Shown here: piece after piece, positions 1 to 8,400 of the stretch
Numbering within the stretch: position 1 is the stretch's first letter
How the letters are laid out: the number at the start of each line of letters is the position of its first letter
Source: Alphaproteobacteria bacterium
Lineage (GTDB): Bacteria > Pseudomonadota > Alphaproteobacteria > Caedimonadales > UBA1908
Assembly (NCBI GenBank): GCA_013911655.1
Contig: JACESU010000002.1
Span: forward strand, 64,901 to 128,900
Direction: 5' to 3'
Length of the DNA: 64,000 bases
Translations under genes and position numbers: made by a program
The notes under the pieces: generated by a model
Seen by the model: the letters and a program-made list of their open reading frames with translations, nothing else
What the model was told of the DNA's origin: nothing
Databases searched by the model: none

Positions 1-129
1 TAGTCGTATGCGCTCTTTACGGGCGATGGGATCATATTCTTCGATCATTTCTATCTTTGCAGAACAAGAAGAAACTAAAAGATTAAAAATATTGAAAAAA
101 ATAAAAGGTTTGATCAGGTGTTTTTTCAT
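1..129 (-). CDS. possible 5' end of a lipoprotein/secreted-protein gene running off the left edge (partial)
   Basis: A reverse-strand ATG at 129-127 opens a frame that stays open for 43 codons to position 1: MKKHLIKPFIFFNIFNLLVSSCSAKIEMIEEYDPIARKERIRL. It has a basic N-terminus, a hydrophobic stretch and a lipobox-like VSSC. There is no convincing SD, and it is too short to appear in the ORF track. Confidence 0.3.
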   Translation of the reverse strand, partial: MKKHLIKPFIFFNIFNLLVSSCSAKIEMIEEYDPIARKERIRL

Positions 130-223
130 CGGTTTTCTTGGTTGTTGTTTTTTGCTCAGACTGGTTTTAATACACATGAGGCAAAAAAGTCAAGAATTGC
201 CCATTTGCATGCAAGCGCTTTTC

Positions 224-2014
224 TTAGAAAGCAGAGCTTACCCGACTTAACCACTGGGCTGTCCTCGCGTCCAGATGAGGACTTAGCGCGTCCCTTACTC
301 GCTGATGATAGGCCGCAACCCATTCTTTTTCATCATGGGTAAGGAGGCTTTTTTCCACGAGTCTTAAGTCAAGGGGCGCAAGGGTTAGCATCTCAAAATC
401 AAGAAATCCTGGATGTTGCGTTGATGCTTTTACGAACTGCAGGCTTTCGATGCGAATGCCGTAGGCCCCTTCAAGATAGTAGCCAGGTTCGTTGGATACA
501 ATCATGCCGGCTTCTAGAGGGACGGCGCGGGGGGCACTGGAAATGCTTTGGGGGCCTTCGTGGACCCCAAGATACGCGCCCACCCCGTGTCCTGTGCCAT
601 GGGCATAATCAAGGCCCTTTTGCCAGAGGGAAAATCTGGCAAGGGCGTCCAGTTGATGGCCTGAGGTCCCCTTGGGAAAGCGCGCCCCTGCAAGAGCGAT
701 ATGCCCCTTGAGTACCCGGGTAAAGTGCTCCTTTTGGAGGTCGGTTGGCGTATCTCCTAAGAAGACAGTGCGGGTGACGTCCGTGGTTCCTTCAAAGTAC
801 TGTCCCCCTGAATCCACGAGAAAAAGATCACCTTTTTGAAGAGCACGGTCGGTCTCGGGCGTCACGCGGTAATGGACGATGGCGCCGTTGGGACCAGTTC
901 CCGCGATGGTTTCAAAGCTTGGTTCTTTAAAGGCTGGATGTTTTTGCCGTTCAGTCAAAAGTTCTTTAGAAGCTGAGAGTTCCGTCACAGGGCGCCCTTC
1001 GCGCATCTGCTCATCAAGCCAACATAAAAAACGAGTGAGCGCAAGCCCATCATAGAGATGGGCCGTTTTAGCCCCCTCTAATTCAGCAGATGTTTTAAGG
1101 GCACGCGGTCTTGTACAAGGGTCCTCACCTAGGGTGATAAGGGCGCCTTTTTTCTCGAGAAGGAGCTGAGAGGCATAGGGCGCTGTTCCCTTATCAAGGA
1201 GCACTTTTTGTCCGTTTTGGATGTGCCTTTCAAGATGGGGGTTAAAGTCTTTATAAGAATGAAGAGTAATCTTAAGAGAGGTGAGGCGCTCTTTTAAATC
1301 TGGGGCTACAAGGTCTTTTGCGACAAAGAGATCAGCAGTGCCGTTTTTGTGGATCAGGGCGTATCCCGTCACAAGGGGGCTGTAGGGCACATCACGAGCC
1401 CGTATGTTAAAAAGCCAGCACAAGGATTCACCCACACTTAAAAGCGCGGTATCCAGGTTTTGCGCTGTCAGGTACGCGTAAAGATCCGCAAGCTTTGCGT
1501 CAACGCTTTTGCCGGTGAACGTGTCCGGGTGAGCGCTTACAGGGGTAAAAAGAGCCGCAGGCCTGTGGGGCCACAGCGACGTCCAAAAAGCGTCAACCTG
1601 TGCAAGAGGTATGAAAGTGGCCCTGTTTTGCTGAAATAGAGCGTCGTATCGAGGATACTCTCCCACACTGACGCACCAAGGGTCAAACCCGATGCGTGCA
1701 CCTTGGGGGACGGCGGCTTCTTTTATCCACGCCTCGATACTGGACCAGGAATAGGGTCTTAGGTCAAAAAGAGCATCGTCTACTTGATGCTGGGCTTGTA
1801 GCGTATAGCGGCCATCTACGAACAAAACAGCTTTGTCTTGAAGGACGAGGCAAAGGCCTGCAGAACCATCAAACCCTGTGATGTGGGTGAGGAGCTTACT
1901 GTGCTCAGGCAGAAACTCGTGCGCATGCTGATCCGAGTGAGGTATGAGGAGGCCGTAAAGGCCGTCCGCCTGAAGAAGCTCTCGTAGGGTTTTAAGGGAT
2001 GAAGATCGAGTCAT
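224..2014 (-). CDS. pepP: Xaa-Pro aminopeptidase (M24B, aminopeptidase P family)
   Basis: 596-aa ORF. The C-terminal pita-bread metal-ligand motifs are visible (DSGGQY, HGTGHGVG, SNEPGYY, IRIES). The long N-terminal creatinase-like region fits the ~600-aa aminopeptidase P type. Confidence 0.88.
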   Translation of the reverse strand: MTRSSSLKTLRELLQADGLYGLLIPHSDQHAHEFLPEHSKLLTHITGFDGSAGLCLVLQDKAVLFVDGRYTLQAQHQVDDALFDLRPYSWSSIEAWIKEAAVPQGARIGFDPWCVSVGEYPRYDALFQQNRATFIPLAQVDAFWTSLWPHRPAALFTPVSAHPDTFTGKSVDAKLADLYAYLTAQNLDTALLSVGESLCWLFNIRARDVPYSPLVTGYALIHKNGTADLFVAKDLVAPDLKERLTSLKITLHSYKDFNPHLERHIQNGQKVLLDKGTAPYASQLLLEKKGALITLGEDPCTRPRALKTSAELEGAKTAHLYDGLALTRFLCWLDEQMREGRPVTELSASKELLTERQKHPAFKEPSFETIAGTGPNGAIVHYRVTPETDRALQKGDLFLVDSGGQYFEGTTDVTRTVFLGDTPTDLQKEHFTRVLKGHIALAGARFPKGTSGHQLDALARFSLWQKGLDYAHGTGHGVGAYLGVHEGPQSISSAPRAVPLEAGMIVSNEPGYYLEGAYGIRIESLQFVKASTQHPGFLDFEMLTLAPLDLRLVEKSLLTHDEKEWVAAYHQRVRDALSPHLDARTAQWLSRVSSAF

Positions 2015-2025
2015 TAAAAGAACTC

Positions 2026-4161
2026 CTAGGGTTTCTTTTCAGGAATGCGAATGATGAATTCTGTGAATTGGCCCTCCTGGCTTTCCACCGCAAGCGTGCC
2101 GTGATGTTGATTTACGATAATATCATAACTAAGGGATAGACCCAATCCCGTTCCGCTTCCTGCAGGTTTTGTTGTAAAAAACGGATCGAAGATTCTTTTC
2201 TTAACAGAAAACGGAATCCCAGGACCGTTATCCTTGATACGGATTTCGATCATTCCTTGATCTCGTTTTGTACTGATGGACAGCACCGGATCAAATTTGT
2301 CGCCCTGGGTTAGTTTTTTCTGGTTTAGGGCGTAACACGCATTGTGAATCATATTGAGAAGGACACGTCCAAGGGCTTGACGGTAGACTTTGATAATAAG
2401 GGTGGGAGTAAAAGACTTCTCAACAGCCGGCGAAATACCTTGTGATCGAAAGGCGGAAATCGCAAGGATCGTATTTTCATCGAGGAGCTGATTAATATCC
2501 GTGTCTTGCTCGACGTCGGTGCCGCCTTTGGCGTGAACCAGCATACTTTTAACAATAGAGTCGGCGCGGTGAGCGTGCTGATCAATGCGCTGCATGTTAT
2601 GGGCAATGGTGGTGATTAAGTTATTCAGCTCACCGTAATATTCGGGCACAAGGTTTTCTTGCTCGATTTGCTTGAGAAGAGCTTTGGCCTCTTCGGTAAA
2701 CTCTTGGCAGACTTCTGAAAAGTTAATGATAAAGTTCAAAGGGTTTTTGATTTCATGGGCAATGCCGGCTGTGATAGCACCAAGTCCTGCCAGTTTTTCT
2801 TGGACAATGACTTGCTGCTGAGCTTTGCGCAGATCCACAAGGGCGCGCTGAAGCGCTTCGTTCTTTTTGGAGATTTCCTTGGTACGCTCTTGTACCTTGG
2901 CGTCCAAGGTTTGAATGTGTTCTTCGAGCTTTAACACAAGGGCGCGGTTTTGCTCGAAAACCTGAGAAACCGCGTCAAACCACGTGTGCCAGGGTTCTTG
3001 GATGTCATCATAACTTTGTCCGTCTTTGCCTTGTCCTTTTTCCGAAATATGGCTCACAAGGCGCTGGGTCGGGTTAATAAATTCCCTGGAAATAAGCTTG
3101 TTGGTAAACAGCAAAAAGAGCATCCCAAAAATTAAGACAAACAGGACGCTTGGCCCCACGTGAAGAAGGGTTGCAATCCCAAGGTCTGTCGAGTTGATGT
3201 AAAAAAGAACGTTCCAAGGCGCAAAGTCTGTACGCGCGCGGTACACCCAATAGCCATTGTCTTCGGTCAAAGAGTGTTCTTCATAGGAAAGGATTCGTTC
3301 TAACGACAAGGCCTTGGGAAGAATTTCATGGGCGCGGATGAGCCTTGTTTTTTCGTTATCATCTTCGGTATCGGACACAACGGTCCCTTTGTCATTTACG
3401 ACTAAAAGACGACCATTTCGATAATAAATACTGTCGATGAAGTAGTCGACCGCCTCGAGGGTAAAATCAAGGGCGACAATCCCAAGAAACCGGTTGCCAC
3501 GATAAACAGGTGCACTGCACGTTTGCATAAGCTCGCCCGTTTGTTGGCTGACAAACGCGTCGGTCCAAAAAATCTCTCGTTTAGGGTTATGAGAGGGAAG
3601 CGCTGACGAGAAGGCTTCCTCATGAAGCAAAGTGGGTTGAAATCTTGCTTGAAAAGAGGTTGTCCAAGGGTAGAGATTTTGAAAGCCCGATTTAGAGATA
3701 TATCGCAAAGACGACGTCGTTTTAATATTTTCTTTGATCACTTTAAAAAGGGGATTGAGGGCATACGCCATGTGAATTTCTTCCCAGACTTCTTCTTTTA
3801 GATTTTCAACGGCGCCAAGTCCTGTGATGTTGCCCACAAGCTGAAAGTGTGTTTTGGGGGCATCTAGATGGAAATAACTTCCGTCTGCCGAAGACTCAAG
3901 GGCGAGCGTGTTAATGTCTGAGAAGGCAAAAGGTGTTTTGATGAAATCTTCAGCCTGCAGGCGCATGCCGTTGACGGCGTCGTAACGAATACGTAGCAAG
4001 TAATCAAGGGCTTGAGTTTGCTCCAGAAGGCGCAGCCTGAGAGAGGAAAGGCGGCCTTCTAAGTTTTCCTTATAAAGGACCCATAAAAGAGCGATGGCGC
4101 AGAAGAAGATGACCCCGTAGGTAAGCGCAATAATGCGGCGAAAACGGGAAAAAAAAGTCAC
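2026..4161 (-). CDS. membrane sensor histidine kinase with large extracytoplasmic domain
   Basis: 711 aa. N-terminal TM ([20 protein letters not shown]), a ~300-aa loop, a second TM ([14 protein letters not shown]) and a coiled coil. H-box [12 protein letters not shown]-box [11 protein letters not shown]1 DNGPGI, G2 [11 protein letters not shown]. No response regulator gene is adjacent. Confidence 0.9.
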   Translation of the reverse strand: MTFFSRFRRIIALTYGVIFFCAIALLWVLYKENLEGRLSSLRLRLLEQTQALDYLLRIRYDAVNGMRLQAEDFIKTPFAFSDINTLALESSADGSYFHLDAPKTHFQLVGNITGLGAVENLKEEVWEEIHMAYALNPLFKVIKENIKTTSSLRYISKSGFQNLYPWTTSFQARFQPTLLHEEAFSSALPSHNPKREIFWTDAFVSQQTGELMQTCSAPVYRGNRFLGIVALDFTLEAVDYFIDSIYYRNGRLLVVNDKGTVVSDTEDDNEKTRLIRAHEILPKALSLERILSYEEHSLTEDNGYWVYRARTDFAPWNVLFYINSTDLGIATLLHVGPSVLFVLIFGMLFLLFTNKLISREFINPTQRLVSHISEKGQGKDGQSYDDIQEPWHTWFDAVSQVFEQNRALVLKLEEHIQTLDAKVQERTKEISKKNEALQRALVDLRKAQQQVIVQEKLAGLGAITAGIAHEIKNPLNFIINFSEVCQEFTEEAKALLKQIEQENLVPEYYGELNNLITTIAHNMQRIDQHAHRADSIVKSMLVHAKGGTDVEQDTDINQLLDENTILAISAFRSQGISPAVEKSFTPTLIIKVYRQALGRVLLNMIHNACYALNQKKLTQGDKFDPVLSISTKRDQGMIEIRIKDNGPGIPFSVKKRIFDPFFTTKPAGSGTGLGLSLSYDIIVNQHHGTLAVESQEGQFTEFIIRIPEKKP

Positions 4162-4191
4162 ACACCGCCTCCTTTATGTGTAAGACCACGC

Positions 4192-6033
4192 CTACTTTAC
4201 GTAACGTCCTGGCGCGTCCTCTATGGGGGGGAACTGACCCGATCCAAGTTTTCTTGCAGGAATCATAGGGCCACCGTGATCTTCAAGCCATTTGACCCAT
4301 TCAACCCACCATGAACCAGAGTGCTGCGCGGCTTTTGTCAGCCAAGACTCAGTACCTTTAGGGTCAATGTCACCCGTCCAATAACCGTATTTATTTTTGT
4401 CAGGATGGTTAAAGATACCGGCCACATGTCCCGAGCCGCCCAAAACAAAGCGGGTAGGACCCCCAAAAATCTTGGCGCCTTCGTAGCCGCAAGGCCAGGG
4501 GGCAATGTGATCTTCTTTGGTGTTCAGGATAAAGGAGGGAACTTTGACCTTTGACAGGTCTATGGGACGTCCTTTAATGCTGATACCTGCAGGCTTAATC
4601 AGTTTGTTTTCAAGAAACATGTTGCGTAGGTAGTAAAGGTACATGGCCGCTGGTAAATTTGTATAGTCCGAGTTCCAGTATAAAAGGTCAAAGGCCATGG
4701 CCTCTTTACCCATAAGATAATTGTTGATCACAAAGGACCAGATAAGGTCGTTAGAGCGCAAAAGGTTAAAAGTGCGCGACAGGATGCGCCCATCAAAATA
4801 GCCATGATGGCGAATGGCACGTTCCATTTTCCCAAGTTGCTCTTCATCAATGAAGATTTTAAGATCTCCCGCGTCTTCAAAGTCAAAAAGAGTCGCAAGA
4901 TAGGTGGTACTTTTAAGGGGATTATCTTTGTCGCCTGCGCGGTAGCCGCTGTAGGTTGTTAAGAAGTTACCACCAATACAAAACCCAAGGGCGTTGATTT
5001 GGGGTTCTCCTACAATGCGCCTAGCGGCTTCTACAGCGCCACCAATGCCTTCGATGACATAATCTTCAAAAGTTTTATGCGCCAGACGCTCGTCTTTGGG
5101 GTTGACCCATGACACCACGAAAACCGTCCATCCTTGATTTAACAGCCAGCGCACAAATGAGCTTTCTGGCCTAAGATCAAAGATATAGAATTTGTTGATA
5201 CAGGGCGGTACCAACAGAATAGGGATTTGACGAACCTTTTCGGTGATGGGTTCGTATTGGATGAGCTGTAAAATCTCGTTTTCGTAAACGACCTTTCCTT
5301 TGGTCGTGGCGATGTTCTTTCCAATATGAAAGAAATCCCGCTCAACCATGGAAATTTGTAGACGGCCATCACCTTCTTCGAGATCTTTATAAAAATTGGA
5401 AATACCTTGGATGAGGCTTAGTCCATTGGTTTCTGCAATACGTTTGATGACTTCTGGATTGGCCCAGGCGAAATTGGTGGGCGCCATGGTGTTAGAGAGT
5501 TGCCTTGTGAAAAAAGACACTTTGTGGGCGACCTTCGGATCAAGCCCTTCGATGTTCGAGATAATATCTTGAAGCCATTGATCCCACAGAAGATAAGACT
5601 GCTTCATAAAATCAAAACCAGGCACCTCAGACCAGGCGGGATCCGAAAAACGCCGATCAGCTCTGGGGGTGGGAATGACTTCATCAAGGCCTTTATCTTT
5701 TTTAGGATCAGATAGCGTTTGGTAAGCTGACTTACATAGGGCGGTATAACGCTTTAAATACGCGTGACTTGCCTGAAAAAGCGGGTTTGGATCTTCGGCA
5801 AGTTTAAGACCTGCTTCCATAAAAGCTTTGGCCGCGTTCCAAGGGTCCATGGGATCGGGTGGGGCATCTTCTTCAGTTTTAGCGATCATTTCATGGGCAC
5901 ATGTAATCGCCATGCGTTGAAAATTCTCCCCCAAGGCCATCAATCCTGTTGCCATGGCAAAAGGATCAATGGTGGGAGATAAGTTCTTAAAAAATGGGTC
6001 GGGTTCTCCGACCTTGGCTGGTGGTTTGCCCAT
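4192..6033 (-). CDS. phaC: class I poly(3-hydroxyalkanoate) synthase
   Basis: ~610 aa alpha/beta-hydrolase with the PhaC lipase-box variant GFCIGG and a PhaC-type N-terminal region. The ORF track starts at GTG 6045. I prefer ATG 6033, which is preceded by GAGGG; the start is uncertain by 4 codons. Confidence 0.88.
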   Translation of the reverse strand: MGKPPAKVGEPDPFFKNLSPTIDPFAMATGLMALGENFQRMAITCAHEMIAKTEEDAPPDPMDPWNAAKAFMEAGLKLAEDPNPLFQASHAYLKRYTALCKSAYQTLSDPKKDKGLDEVIPTPRADRRFSDPAWSEVPGFDFMKQSYLLWDQWLQDIISNIEGLDPKVAHKVSFFTRQLSNTMAPTNFAWANPEVIKRIAETNGLSLIQGISNFYKDLEEGDGRLQISMVERDFFHIGKNIATTKGKVVYENEILQLIQYEPITEKVRQIPILLVPPCINKFYIFDLRPESSFVRWLLNQGWTVFVVSWVNPKDERLAHKTFEDYVIEGIGGAVEAARRIVGEPQINALGFCIGGNFLTTYSGYRAGDKDNPLKSTTYLATLFDFEDAGDLKIFIDEEQLGKMERAIRHHGYFDGRILSRTFNLLRSNDLIWSFVINNYLMGKEAMAFDLLYWNSDYTNLPAAMYLYYLRNMFLENKLIKPAGISIKGRPIDLSKVKVPSFILNTKEDHIAPWPCGYEGAKIFGGPTRFVLGGSGHVAGIFNHPDKNKYGYWTGDIDPKGTESWLTKAAQHSGSWWVEWVKWLEDHGGPMIPARKLGSGQFPPIEDAPGRYVK

Positions 6034-6088
6034 CTCCGCCCTCACTGTTTTTGTGTAATTTTTATAAATTATATAGATTTAAAGAATT

Positions 6089-6415
6089 TTAGGAAGCCAT
6101 ATGTTTGCCGATCCAACTTTCAAAAACGGGCATGGGCAAGGCACCTACTTGTGTGTCCACATTTTGTCCTTTTTGAAAGAGCATCAATGTGGGGATACTG
6201 CGCACGCCGTACTGGGAAGGCGCTTCGGGGTTTTTATCGATATCAACCTTACAGATTTTAACTTTTCCGTCATACTTTTCGGCCAATTGATCTAAAAGAG
6301 GCGCGATGGCGCGACAAGGTCCACACCACTGAGCCCAAAAATCGACTAATACCAGGCCTTCGTGATCTAGAACTTCGGCTGTAAAGGTATCGTCTGTCAC
6401 ATGATGAACACTCAT
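6089..6415 (-). CDS. trxA: thioredoxin
   Basis: WCGPC active site. The ORF track gives 122 aa, but the ATG at 6415 (MSVHHVTDDTF...) has GGAG 8 nt upstream and yields a canonical 108-aa thioredoxin. Confidence 0.93.
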   Translation of the reverse strand: MSVHHVTDDTFTAEVLDHEGLVLVDFWAQWCGPCRAIAPLLDQLAEKYDGKVKICKVDIDKNPEAPSQYGVRSIPTLMLFQKGQNVDTQVGALPMPVFESWIGKHMAS

Positions 6416-6511
6416 AGATTTTTCTCCATTCATAACACTTGGCTTATTATACGCCATCTCTTGCCAAGTGACAAGAAACCCTAGCTCTTGGCATAAGATG
6501 GCCCAAGAATT

Positions 6512-7273
6512 CTATTGTTTTTTTGCTTCTGGCGTTGGCGCACTTGACGCTTGGCTCAAAAGCTTTTGAAGTTCTTCAAAAGGAAGACCTCCTTCTACCA
6601 CACTGTCGTCGATGATCAGCGTTGGCGTTGCCTCTAGCTGAATTATTTCAGCTTCTTTTTGCATTTTTGTGAGGTACGCCTCCACAGCAGGATTTGTCAG
6701 ATCTTTTTTGAGTTTCTCAAGGTCAAGACCTTTAACGGCGCCGAAAGCTTTTGGGAAATCGTCAAGAAGTGTTTGAGGATCTTCCTTTAAAATCAGATCG
6801 ACAACAGGCTGATAAAGATTTTGTTCTTTGGCGGCAAGCATGGTTCTGACAGCGATCACAGAAGGGGTGCCCAAGATCGGGATATTCTTGACAATGATTT
6901 TAAGATCAGGGTTTGCTTTGATCGCTTCGTCCATCGTGGGGTGAAAAGCACGGCAATGACCGCAGAAGGGATCTAAGAACGCGACCATCACCTTTTTGCC
7001 ATTAGGATTGCCAAGAAAAAAATCAGAGGAGTCACGTATCAAAAGGTCTTTATTCTGGGCAATAGCTGTTTTCCTTTTCTGATCAAGGGCGTCTTGCTTG
7101 CGTTTTTGCAAAACGGTAATGGCGTTTTCTACGAGCTCTGGATTGCTCATCAGATATTCTTTGATCACAACTTGGATGTCTTTGACTTGATCCGGGGTAA
7201 AGGACGCGGCTGTGACAATGGGGGTGCAAAAAATACCGACGGCAACAGTGGCGGCAGTGATAGCTAAACGCAT
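6512..7273 (-). CDS. periplasmic DsbA-family thiol:disulfide oxidoreductase
   Basis: Signal peptide (MRLAITAATVAVGIFCTPIVTAA) and a thioredoxin-fold CxxC motif (FCGHCRAF). At 253 aa the size fits DsbA/DsbG-like proteins. Confidence 0.8.
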   Translation of the reverse strand: MRLAITAATVAVGIFCTPIVTAASFTPDQVKDIQVVIKEYLMSNPELVENAITVLQKRKQDALDQKRKTAIAQNKDLLIRDSSDFFLGNPNGKKVMVAFLDPFCGHCRAFHPTMDEAIKANPDLKIIVKNIPILGTPSVIAVRTMLAAKEQNLYQPVVDLILKEDPQTLLDDFPKAFGAVKGLDLEKLKKDLTNPAVEAYLTKMQKEAEIIQLEATPTLIIDDSVVEGGLPFEELQKLLSQASSAPTPEAKKQ

Positions 7274-7388
7274 GGAAAAAGGCTCCTCTCCTGTTTTATG
7301 TCCTCCAACCTATCGGAAAAAGAAGCGCGTGCGCAAGGGGATTCGCGCAAAAAGTGATGGCAAGGTTGAAGGGTGTGATGAAAAAGGC

Positions 7389-7417
7389 TTGACCTCAAAC
7401 TCCAAGGCTGCGATTGT
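7389..7417 (+). promoter_or_regulatory. candidate promoter for the tRNA-CAT gene
   Basis: TTGACC (7389-7394), a 17-nt spacer, then GATTGT (7412-7417), ending 11 nt before the tRNA 5' end. The -10 is weak (3/6 match). Confidence 0.3.
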
Positions 7418-7428
7418 CTCAGGTGCGT

Positions 7429-7504
7429 GGGCCTGTAGTTCAGCGGTTAGAACGCACCGCTCATAACGGTGTTGTCGCAGGTTCGAGTCCTGCCGGGCCC
7501 ACCA
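7429..7504 (+). tRNA. tRNA with anticodon CAT (elongator Met, or lysidine-modified Ile2); not an initiator
   Basis: Hand-folded cloverleaf: acceptor GGGCCUG/CGGGCCC (one G-U pair), D stem GUUC/GAAC, anticodon stem CACCG/CGGUG with loop CUCAUAA, variable UUGUC, T arm GCAGG-UUCGAGU-CCUGC, discriminator A, encoded CCA. Position 1:72 is paired, so it is not tRNA-fMet. The acceptor stem resembles alphaproteobacterial tRNA-Ile, so an Ile2 identity cannot be excluded. Confidence 0.93.
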
Positions 7505-7593
7505 TCTTTCTGTTTTCAAAAATAATAATATAATCACATAACGCCATAAAAGCCCTGTTAAAAAACAACTTATTGAACAATAAGGAAATAAAA

Positions 7594-8349
7594 ATGCTTG
7601 CAAAATATCTTATGGCAGCATTTCTGCTGTTAACTCCCCTCTCGTCTCTTTTAGCGTCTAATCTAGAAGATCTCTTGAATGATTCGGGTAAGTCTCGACG
7701 TGGCAGGGTTGAACAAGAGGATCCTTTTGAAGATCTTGACCAGATGTGGCATACGGGCGCTGTCTACTATGATCCCAATTTTTCACATCACGCGGGCCAG
7801 ACGCTTTATTTGATTGATTCCATAATACCGGCTGCCCGTGTGGATGCGCATGGTTATGCACACTTAAACGCATACGTTTTTGGAGATTGCAAAGAATGGC
7901 ATCAAGAGCAGGCGCGCCAGCATGCCACAACTAAATTTAGTGAGAAAAATGAAAACACCTTAGCCTTTATAAGGAAACTTACGGTCAGCAGCGGCGGATC
8001 GGTAGAGCGGGCGTATCGGAATTATGCGATCAAAGAAGGGGTGGAGTTTGCGAGCGCGTGGCTCGGGTATGTCCTTTATTCAAGTTATGGGGATGAGGCT
8101 CTTCTCGCGCAGATTTTTGGGACGATACCAAATGCTCGCCGCGCTGAGATTTTTGATTTGGTGCTCTTTGAGGTAACACCTGCCATGCCGACAGTTGCGG
8201 CTCTTAAAAGCATGCCGTCGCATCAACATGAAAAATCGGCCTACGCGGCGTTCGAGAGGATGAAGAACCGTTTGCTTGAGGGGGCCGCTTTTCCCAGAGA
8301 AAATCTGGAGTCAGTTCTCGAGACGTTTGTGCGCGAAAAAAATCTTTAG
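7594..8349 (+). CDS. hypothetical secreted protein
   Basis: ATG at 7594 is preceded by AAGGA. Signal peptide MLAKYLMAAFLLLTPLSSLLAS. I recognise no motif. The ORF track begins 7 codons earlier at TTG. Confidence 0.6.
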   Translation: MLAKYLMAAFLLLTPLSSLLASNLEDLLNDSGKSRRGRVEQEDPFEDLDQMWHTGAVYYDPNFSHHAGQTLYLIDSIIPAARVDAHGYAHLNAYVFGDCKEWHQEQARQHATTKFSEKNENTLAFIRKLTVSSGGSVERAYRNYAIKEGVEFASAWLGYVLYSSYGDEALLAQIFGTIPNARRAEIFDLVLFEVTPAMPTVAALKSMPSHQHEKSAYAAFERMKNRLLEGAAFPRENLESVLETFVREKNL

Positions 8350-8359
8350 CTTTTATATA

Positions 8360-8390
8360 AAGAAGCCCCCTGAAGTTCAGGGGGCTTTGG
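8360..8390. terminator. bidirectional hairpin terminator between convergent genes
   Basis: GCCCCCUGA-agu-UCAGGGGGC, a perfect 9-bp GC-rich stem (8365-8385), with an A-rich left flank and UUUG on the right. It lies between the stop at 8349 (+) and the stop at 8401 (-). Confidence 0.65.
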
Positions 8391-8400
8391 GTCATAGAGT

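Noticed and set aside
7310-7603. 97-aa ORF on the - strand
   Set aside because: It overlaps the tRNA-CAT gene on the opposite strand and spans promoter-like DNA. There is no supporting signal.
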